DNA of 13,200 nucleotides from NCBI GenBank assembly GCA_039801885.1, contig JBDRVN010000046.1:1-13200 (forward strand). The letters run 5' to 3'. The notes beneath the pieces were generated by a model. That model had not been told where the DNA came from. It saw only the letters and a program-made list of their open reading frames with translations, and did no database searches. A program made the position numbers and the translations under genes. Below, one piece after another: positions 6,791 to 13,200 of this stretch. The first letter of the stretch is position 1. Each line of letters begins with the position of its first letter. This DNA comes from a candidate division WOR-3 bacterium (GTDB taxonomy: Bacteria > Hydrothermota > Tepidihabitantia > Tepidihabitantales > DTDR01).

Positions 6791-6794
6791 AATT

Positions 6795-6822
6795 TTGACT
6801 TCCTAATAATTTTCCTTAAAAT
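6795..6822 (+). promoter_or_regulatory. Promoter for the leaderless small ORF
   Basis: TTGACT (6795-6800), N16, TAAAAT (6817-6822), then 6 nt to ATG 6829. Confidence 0.65.
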
Positions 6823-6828
6823 AAAGAT

Positions 6829-6891
6829 ATGCGAATAACCTTATTGGCAGTTATAATTTTATTAATTCTTTACCTATTATTTATTATTTAG
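6829..6891 (+). CDS. 20-aa single-TM hydrophobic peptide MRITLLAVIILLILYLLFII
   Basis: My translation. Same promoter-to-ATG geometry as the larger leaderless genes in this window. Below the ORF-track size cutoff. Confidence 0.5.
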   Translation: MRITLLAVIILLILYLLFII

Positions 6892-6912
6892 GAAAAGACT
6901 TATAAAATAATA

Positions 6913-7878
6913 TTACAATTTTTTTAAAAAGGCAGGGACAACTTTTATCAAATCTTCAACAATTCCGTAATGACTGACCGAAAAAATCGGAGCATTTGGA
7001 TCCTTATTTATGGCAATTATTAAATCAGAATTTTTCATACCAACAATATGTTGAAAGGCACCAGAAATTCCTAAGGCGAGATATAGTTTGGGCTTGACAG
7101 TTTTCCCTGATGAACCTATTTGGCGATCCTTTGATAACCAACCAGCATCAATCGCTGGTCGGGAACCGGCTAAAACTCCTTTTAATTTCTTTGCCAACTC
7201 TTCTACCATTGGTAAATTTTTCTTATCCCTTAATCCTCGACCAATACCAATGACAATATCTGCCTTGGTGATATCAACTTCGCCCGTCTCTTCTTTTTTA
7301 TATTCTAAAATTTCAATATTTTTCTCAATATCTAAACTTATCTCTTTTTCCATTATTTCTGAATTTATCTCTTTTTTTTCAAATTTAAAACTACCGGTTT
7401 GAATAGTTAGAATTAAGGGTTTTTTATCAAAATCAGCAATATTAATTTTTCCTGAAACCTTGCCACCATAAAAATAACGGATAAAATTGATTTGATTGTT
7501 ATCTTTTTCTATTCCATTAATATCAGTAAGTATTGGAACAGAAAGTTCGACTGCCAAAGAAGGTGCCAGTTCATAGGTATTGCCTGTTTGTCCGAAAATA
7601 AATAGATAATTATTTTTTTCTTTTAAGAAATCTTTAAGGGCTTTTAAATATAATTCCGGATGGTAATTTTCTAAAAGATTATTTTTGAGTAAATAGATTT
7701 TATTTACCGTATCTTTTAAATTATTAAAAATATCTTTTTTTCCTTCGGAAGTTAAAACCAAACAAGAAATTTCACCGCCATATAATTTTTGCCATTCATA
7801 AGCAAAACCTAAGGCATCATAACTATTAGATAATATTTCCGAAAAGCGATGTTCAATAAAAACAATTATCTCTTTCAT
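6913..7878 (-). CDS. etfA: Electron transfer flavoprotein alpha subunit
   Basis: DITKADIVIGIGRG, GSRPAIDAGW, QIGSSGKTVKPKLYLALGISGAFQHIVGM, AINKDPNAPIF. Confidence 0.97.
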   Translation of the reverse strand: MKEIIVFIEHRFSEILSNSYDALGFAYEWQKLYGGEISCLVLTSEGKKDIFNNLKDTVNKIYLLKNNLLENYHPELYLKALKDFLKEKNNYLFIFGQTGNTYELAPSLAVELSVPILTDINGIEKDNNQINFIRYFYGGKVSGKINIADFDKKPLILTIQTGSFKFEKKEINSEIMEKEISLDIEKNIEILEYKKEETGEVDITKADIVIGIGRGLRDKKNLPMVEELAKKLKGVLAGSRPAIDAGWLSKDRQIGSSGKTVKPKLYLALGISGAFQHIVGMKNSDLIIAINKDPNAPIFSVSHYGIVEDLIKVVPAFLKKL

Positions 7879-8642
7879 AATATCCCTTTTTCTTTTAATA
7901 TTTTTATTAAATTATCAGTAATTTCATCTTCGCTTCCTTTAATAAATACTGTCTCTCTTTCGCTTTTCGGAATAAAATATTCTTTTAAGGAGATATTTTC
8001 TTTCATTTCCCAATTAAGTTCGGATAATTTTATCAATTTAATCTCTTTACTGGTTGCTCTTTTGATTGCCAAGATTGAAGCATATCTTAATGGATAAATA
8101 CCAGTTTGGATTGTCAAAAGAGATGGAAGTTTTATTTTTCTCTTTTCAATTAAACCACCTTCCAATTCTCTTTCAATTAATAAAAAATTATCTTCCTTTT
8201 CAACTTTTTTAACTAAGGTAGTAAAAGGAAGGTTTAAATATCTTGCCAAAGCAATATTAGTAATTCCGTAATTGTTATCACTACTTGTGACACCGGTTAA
8301 AATCAAATCAAAACTGAGGTTTTTAATTACTGAGGCTAAAATTTGGGCAATTAATAAAGGGTCTTTTATCTCTTTTTCTTCCTCAATCCTAATTCCGTAA
8401 TCAGCACCTTTGGCAAAGCCCATCCTTAATATTTCGTCACTTTTCTTATCACCGAAAGTAATTAAAGTAATTTCACCACCATATTTCTCTTTAAAAACCA
8501 AGGCAGTCTCTAAGGCATAATTATCGGCTTCGTTTATCGTGTAAACTAATTTCTCGCGGATAATATCTTTTTTATCAGGAGTTAATTTAATATCAGATTC
8601 CGCTGTTTCCGGACAACTTTTTATACAAACAATAATTTTCAT
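7875..8642 (-). CDS. etfB: Electron transfer flavoprotein beta subunit
   Basis: MKIIVCIK, INEADNYALETA, AKGAD, DLILTG, ERELEGG, LRYASI. ATGA-coupled to etfA. Confidence 0.96.
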   Translation of the reverse strand: MKIIVCIKSCPETAESDIKLTPDKKDIIREKLVYTINEADNYALETALVFKEKYGGEITLITFGDKKSDEILRMGFAKGADYGIRIEEEKEIKDPLLIAQILASVIKNLSFDLILTGVTSSDNNYGITNIALARYLNLPFTTLVKKVEKEDNFLLIERELEGGLIEKRKIKLPSLLTIQTGIYPLRYASILAIKRATSKEIKLIKLSELNWEMKENISLKEYFIPKSERETVFIKGSEDEITDNLIKILKEKGIL

Positions 8643-8651
8643 AAGGATAAA

Positions 8652-8712
8652 ATTATAATAAATTATAATAAATTTTCAAGAAGTTGAAAATAAGAAAAAG
8701 AAGAGATAGAAT
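8652..8712. promoter_or_regulatory. Back-to-back divergent promoters for etfB and sfsA
   Basis: Minus strand: TTGAAA (8679-8674), N16, TATAAT (8657-8652), 9 nt to ATG 8642. Plus strand: TTGAAA (8684-8689), N17, TAGAAT (8707-8712), 7 nt to ATG 8720. The two -35 boxes form the palindrome ATTTTCAA-gaag-TTGAAAAT. Confidence 0.65.
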
Positions 8713-8719
8713 ATCTTTA

Positions 8720-9814
8720 ATGAATTTTATTAGTGGTAAATTCCTTAAAAGATTGAATCGTTTTACTTGTGAATGTCTTATAAACAGCAAAAAAGTGAAA
8801 GCCTACTTACCTAATCCCGGAAGGCTTTGGGAGCTTTTATTAACTAATCGAATTTTATATCTTAAAAAATCTAATGAAAAAGATAATTTACCTTATGTGG
8901 TCTATGGTGTTAAAAAGGATAATCAATTTGTTTTATTACATACCAATTATACTAACAAAATTGTTGAAAAACTGATTAAAGAGAAGAAGATAAGAAGTTT
9001 AAGGGATTTTAGAATAATAAAAAGAGAAGTAAAAGTTAATAATCACCGAATAGATTTTCTTTTAAAAAGAAAGAATAAAAAAATATATTTAGAAGTTAAA
9101 TCAGTTACTTTATTTAAAGATAGACTGGCAATGTTTCCTGATGCGCCCACCGAAAGAGGAAAAAGACATTTATCTTTTCTAAGTAAAAATAAAGGTATGG
9201 TATTATTTATTGTTTATTCACCAAAGGTTTTCTATTTTCTACCGGATTTTCATACCGATTTTTCTTTTTCCCAAACCCTTTACCAATTGAAGGATAAAAT
9301 AAAAATTAAGGCGATTAGTCTAAAAGTAGATGAAGAATTAAATTATCAATTTATTAGGGAACTAAAAATCCCTTGGAAAATATTTAAAAAGGAAGCAAAA
9401 GATAGGGGAGTTTATTTGATTGTTGGAGAGTTAAAAAGAGCAAAGAAAATTTCTATTGGTAAATTAAAAAAGATAAAATTTAAAAAAGGCTTTTATATCT
9501 ATGTTGGTAAGGCAATGAATAATTTAAGTAAAAGAATAGAAAGACATTTACAAAGAGATAAGAAGAAAAGATGGCATATTGACTATTTAATAAATTATTT
9601 AACCAATTTAAAACCAATACCAATCAGAACTTCCCAAAATTTAGAATGTCTTTTGGCAAAAGATATAAAGAAAATTGCTAACGCTTTTATCAAAGATTTT
9701 GGTTGTAGTGATTGTCAATGCGATAGCCATCTCTTTTATTTTAACAAAAGCCCTTTTACCAAAGAAAAATTTGTTAACCTAATTTTAAAATATCGCCTTG
9801 GTCGGCTGATATAA
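8720..9814 (+). CDS. sfsA: SfsA DNA/RNA nuclease fused to a C-terminal DUF123 (GIY-YIG/Uri-like) domain
   Basis: FLKRLNRF, YLPNPGRLWELL, RIDFLL, LEVKSVTL, FPDAPTERGKRHL (SfsA); GVYLI, GFYIYVGKA, RIERH, WHIDYL, FGCSDCQCDSHLFY (DUF123). The track's TTG 8684 coincides with the -35 box, so ATG 8720 is preferred. Confidence 0.93.
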   Translation: MNFISGKFLKRLNRFTCECLINSKKVKAYLPNPGRLWELLLTNRILYLKKSNEKDNLPYVVYGVKKDNQFVLLHTNYTNKIVEKLIKEKKIRSLRDFRIIKREVKVNNHRIDFLLKRKNKKIYLEVKSVTLFKDRLAMFPDAPTERGKRHLSFLSKNKGMVLFIVYSPKVFYFLPDFHTDFSFSQTLYQLKDKIKIKAISLKVDEELNYQFIRELKIPWKIFKKEAKDRGVYLIVGELKRAKKISIGKLKKIKFKKGFYIYVGKAMNNLSKRIERHLQRDKKKRWHIDYLINYLTNLKPIPIRTSQNLECLLAKDIKKIANAFIKDFGCSDCQCDSHLFYFNKSPFTKEKFVNLILKYRLGRLI

Positions 9815-9819
9815 ACAAT

Positions 9820-9852
9820 TTGACTTTTTGTTAGTTTTTATTATACTAACAA
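9820..9852 (+). promoter_or_regulatory. trmB promoter (leaderless) with an overlapping palindromic operator
   Basis: TTGACT (9820-9825), N16, TATACT (9842-9847), then 6 nt to ATG 9854. Inverted repeat TTGTTAGT-N9-ACTAACAA at 9828-9852. Confidence 0.7.
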
Positions 9853-9853
9853 T

Positions 9854-10651
9854 ATGGATAAGAAATTATTTGCGATATTAAAAAATTTTGGTTTAACAAA
9901 TTATGAGGCAGAAGTTTATAGTGCTTTATTAAAGGTAGATAAAGCAAAGGTATCGGATTTAGCAGAAATGGTATCGGTTCCTCGTCCCCAGATTTATCTT
10001 ATTTTAAAAAGATTGATTGATTTAGGATTGTGTACGGAAAAGAAGGGAAAGATAAAATATTATTCTTGTCTTCCGCCCAATATTGGACTTCGTTATCTTT
10101 TAGAAAAAGAAGAAAAAGAGTTGAAAAATAAGTTTTCTTTGATAAAAGAGTTAGAAAAAATTTATAAACAAAGGGAAAATAAGAAGAAATCTTTGGAATT
10201 TATTGAAGTGATAAAAGGAGAATCGGGAAGGGAATATTTAATCTCCTTGTTAAAGAATGCTAAAAAGGAAGTTTTGATTTTCTGTAAATATATTTTAAAG
10301 AAAACAAAAGAAAGGTTGGAGAAGTCCTATAATATGGAGATGGTAGCATTAAAAAATAATGTTAAAGTTTATTGTCTTTATGAAAAAAGCTTCTTTAATG
10401 ACCCTGATATATTTCCTTATATTAAAAAATTAATAAAAAATGGAGAAAAGGCAAGGGTTATTGATTATTTACCGATGAATATGACGGTGATTGATGAGAA
10501 GAGCGCCACATTCTCTTTGTTGGGAGAAGATGAAGAGGATGTGGTTATTTTTTATCTTAACCATCCTGCTTTGATAACATTGATGAAAGCCGGATTTGAA
10601 TATTATTGGCAAAAAGGTAAAGAAGTTAATTTAAAAAAGGAGGAAAAATGA
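9854..10651 (+). CDS. TrmB-family transcriptional regulator (wHTH, coiled coil, effector/PLD-like domain)
   Basis: LKNFGLTNYEAEVYSALL...SDLAEMVSVPRPQIYLILKRLIDLGL is a TrmB HTH. C-terminal AKKEVLI...NMTVIDEK...FEYYW is typical of the family. Confidence 0.92.
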   Translation: MDKKLFAILKNFGLTNYEAEVYSALLKVDKAKVSDLAEMVSVPRPQIYLILKRLIDLGLCTEKKGKIKYYSCLPPNIGLRYLLEKEEKELKNKFSLIKELEKIYKQRENKKKSLEFIEVIKGESGREYLISLLKNAKKEVLIFCKYILKKTKERLEKSYNMEMVALKNNVKVYCLYEKSFFNDPDIFPYIKKLIKNGEKARVIDYLPMNMTVIDEKSATFSLLGEDEEDVVIFYLNHPALITLMKAGFEYYWQKGKEVNLKKEEK

Positions 10652-12978
10652 ATCTATTCTTAACTATTTTATTTTTATTTAATTTAAATATTGATTTTAA
10701 TCAAGGTCTTCTAACGGAAAATCAAGTTCCTTATCAACCGATAATGTTAAATCCCTGCTTTTCTTCTTCTCCTTTATCAATAACTAATGAAAAAATTTTT
10801 TCTGTCCCAAAACGAGAATCCCTTAATCTTTCTCTTCTCGGTGAATATAATCTTGCTGGTGGCTATGTGAATATGAGCGGTTGGCAGGTAAAGCCTTATC
10901 AAAACCATATCCTTTATTCTTCCGGTGGTGGTTTTTATATCTTTTCTTGCCAAGAGAGTTTAGTGAAAGTTGGCGAGGTCTCTGGTCCGGGTTATATCTT
11001 TGATTTTGAGATTAGAGATACTTTAATCTATTGTGCCAGTGCCGATATCGGTTTAGTAATCTTTAATTTTAGTAATATTAGCCAAGCTCGTTGGATAAAG
11101 AGTCTTTATCTTCCTTTTAATCACCCTACTTCTAATCCTCAATTTGGTTGGGGAGCAACTGGAATTGCTTTAAAAGATAGTTTTGCCTTTATTACTACTC
11201 GTGCTGGTGGTCTCTATGTTGTTAATATTGCTGACCCATTAAATCCAAGAATTGTTGCTAATGAAGCCACTTTTGATTGGTTAATGGATGTTAATATTAA
11301 AGACACCTTGGCTTATGTTACCAATTATGCTCCAGGAGATACTGCTGGTTTTATTATTTACAATATTAAAAATCCATTAAATCCAACAATTGTTTCTTAT
11401 CTTGGTGGCAATGTCCGAAGGGGAATGAGATTCTGTATAAAAGATACTTTTGCTTATGTCGGAGCAAGATATTACGGTTTTTATATTATTAACATTGCTG
11501 ATCCGAGAAATCCAAGATTAATTGCCAATCCAACAGATTTATTAGAAGTGCAAAATGTGAATGTGATAAATTTTGGTGATACGATATATGCTTATGTAAG
11601 TAATATGAACGGTTTAGCAATTTACAATGTCTCTAATCCTGCTAATCCGGCATTAATTGCTCAAATAAATGTTCGTTCAACTGCGGTTTCTTTTGATCTT
11701 GTCCGAAGAAGACTTTATAACCAGGCATTAGCCGGTGCCACTCTTTATGATATTACCTACCCTTATAATCCCCAACTTATTAACTATTATGTCTATTTAG
11801 GAAATCCATATTATTTAACAGTTCACAATAATCTTGCTTATCTCTATGATGGTTATGGTTGTTTAAGGATTTTAGATATCTCGCAGCAAAACAAGATAAT
11901 GGAAATTGCTTGGTATGATAAATATTTAGAATCAATACCATCGGGAAGTTGGGCTGCAGGTATCGGTGGTATGTTCTATCAAAATAATTATATCTATCTA
12001 ATTGTTCGTGGTTATCCTTGGTTTTGTTATTTAGCAATTGTTGATGTTTCCAATCCCAATAATCCGCAATGGGTTGGAACAAGGATGTGGCGAGGTTATG
12101 CGGGTGGTAATCAATTTTATGTAGAAGATACTTTGGCATTTGTTCCCTTGGCATTAAGTGGTCAAACCTATTTAAAGATTTTAAATGTGAGAGACCCAAG
12201 AAATATAAGAGAAGTAGGTTCTTATTATTGGTCAACTTGGGCAGCCTTAGAAATTTCTAAATATGACTCACTATTATTAATGGCAGGTGGTTATGACCCA
12301 ATGGGTGGCACACAACAAACATTTCAGGATTTGGGAATTTTAAATATTAGAGATTTACAAAACCCAATTTTGATAACCGAATATACGACACCAAATCAAT
12401 GTCGGGGAGTTGATAAATTTGGTTATGTACCAATAATTGCGGTTGCTGATTGGGATGCGGGAGTTCATTTAATAAATATTGCTAATCCTTCTTCTCCGCA
12501 AATTATTGGAACAGTTGATTTTGAAGGTTTGGTAGAAGATGTCCATATTGGAAGGGAAGTGGTCTTTTGCGGCAGTGATAATCTCTTTAACGCAATCAAA
12601 ACTGATGCTGGTCAAAACCCAAGATTGTATGGCTATTATGATTTAAAAGCAAAATTTGGTTATGGTGGAAGTGTTACTGATGTTTGGTCAAAAGAAGATG
12701 AATATGGTTATTGCACTACTTACGGAGGCTTCTTTATCTTTTATACTGGTTTAGTTGGATTAAAAGAAGAAATTTCTAAAGATAATAAATTGCGGATAAA
12801 TGAATCAAGCGTTTATTCTATTACTATTTCTGATATTACTGGAAGAATTGTTGCTAAAGAGAAAAGAAGTTTAAAAGGCGGCGAAATCCTATCTTTTCCT
12901 AAAATGAAAAAAGGTATCTACTTCTTAAAAATTGAGGGTAAAGAAAAGATAACAAGAAAGATAGTAATAATTAATTGA
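10648..12978 (+). CDS. Secreted LVIVD-repeat beta-propeller protein with a T9SS type A-like C-terminal sorting domain
   Basis: Signal peptide. About 12 repeats of the form GLYVVNIADPLNPRIV / GFIIYNIKNPLNPTIV / LAIVDVSNPNNPQWV. C-terminus ITISDITGRIV...KGIYFLKIE...TRKIVIIN. SD AGGAGG plus ATGA overlap with trmB. Confidence 0.9.
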   Translation: MNLFLTILFLFNLNIDFNQGLLTENQVPYQPIMLNPCFSSSPLSITNEKIFSVPKRESLNLSLLGEYNLAGGYVNMSGWQVKPYQNHILYSSGGGFYIFSCQESLVKVGEVSGPGYIFDFEIRDTLIYCASADIGLVIFNFSNISQARWIKSLYLPFNHPTSNPQFGWGATGIALKDSFAFITTRAGGLYVVNIADPLNPRIVANEATFDWLMDVNIKDTLAYVTNYAPGDTAGFIIYNIKNPLNPTIVSYLGGNVRRGMRFCIKDTFAYVGARYYGFYIINIADPRNPRLIANPTDLLEVQNVNVINFGDTIYAYVSNMNGLAIYNVSNPANPALIAQINVRSTAVSFDLVRRRLYNQALAGATLYDITYPYNPQLINYYVYLGNPYYLTVHNNLAYLYDGYGCLRILDISQQNKIMEIAWYDKYLESIPSGSWAAGIGGMFYQNNYIYLIVRGYPWFCYLAIVDVSNPNNPQWVGTRMWRGYAGGNQFYVEDTLAFVPLALSGQTYLKILNVRDPRNIREVGSYYWSTWAALEISKYDSLLLMAGGYDPMGGTQQTFQDLGILNIRDLQNPILITEYTTPNQCRGVDKFGYVPIIAVADWDAGVHLINIANPSSPQIIGTVDFEGLVEDVHIGREVVFCGSDNLFNAIKTDAGQNPRLYGYYDLKAKFGYGGSVTDVWSKEDEYGYCTTYGGFFIFYTGLVGLKEEISKDNKLRINESSVYSITISDITGRIVAKEKRSLKGGEILSFPKMKKGIYFLKIEGKEKITRKIVIIN

Positions 12979-12998
12979 TTTTTAGATAAAAGAAAAAA

Positions 12999-13200
12999 AT
13001 GAGAAAATTATTAATCTTGCTATTTTGTTTAGTAATCTTTGCCCAAGAGATTAGGTTTCGGGATGTCGCAAGAGAATTGGGAATAAATGTCTCCGGTGGA
13101 TTAGGTGCCTGTTGTGCCTTTTTTGATTACAATAATGACGATTACTTGGATATCCTTTTTAATCCTGGAAATAGAATCTATTTATTCAGAAATAATTACG
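12999..13200 (+). CDS. Secreted CRTAC1/FG-GAP (VCBS) repeat protein, N-terminal part
   Basis: My translation: MRKLLILLFCLVIFAQEIRFRDVARELGINVSGGLGACCAFFDYNNDDYLDILFNPGNRIYLFRNNY. Signal peptide, FxDVA..LGI motif, and DYNNDDYLDI Ca-binding motif. Open to the window edge. Confidence 0.88.
   Translation, partial: MRKLLILLFCLVIFAQEIRFRDVARELGINVSGGLGACCAFFDYNNDDYLDILFNPGNRIYLFRNNY

Noticed and set aside
5570..12235. ORFs 5570-5815, 7088-7402, 7849-8097 and 11780-12235
   Set aside because: All lie antisense within well-supported genes (activase, etfA/etfB, LVIVD protein).

Overview
Very AT-rich bacterial chromosomal window. The T9SS-type C-terminal domain, the LVIVD and FG-GAP proteins and an 'IP..LNYQGKLTD' secreted protein suggest an FCB-group anaerobe such as WOR-3 (inference). 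Recognisable genes are a minus-strand sdpI-like / acyl-CoA dehydratase activase / guaA operon, etfB-etfA, an SfsA-DUF123 nuclease fusion, and a TrmB regulator operon with an LVIVD/T9SS protein and a CRTAC1/FG-GAP protein. No integrase, transposase, RT, CRISPR, tRNA or rRNA was seen. Signals not shown in the ORF track: (1) a perfect 50-bp direct repeat (1344-1393 / 3687-3736) with a 7-8-7 inverted core brackets a 2.3-kb integrase-less islet inserted into the 3' end of the gene that converges on guaA; (2) a ~70-nt candidate sRNA (~6719-6790) with its own promoter and terminator, built from anti-Shine-Dalgarno and anti-AUG motifs, followed by a separately promoted leaderless 20-aa hydrophobic peptide ORF; (3) most promoter-proximal genes look leaderless and most promoters have 16-bp spacers, while strong SD sequences occur mainly on secreted or membrane protein genes; (4) a 13-unit 12-bp periodic array at 610-765; (5) an A13 tract inside a consensus promoter spacer; (6) a palindromic operator over the trmB promoter.
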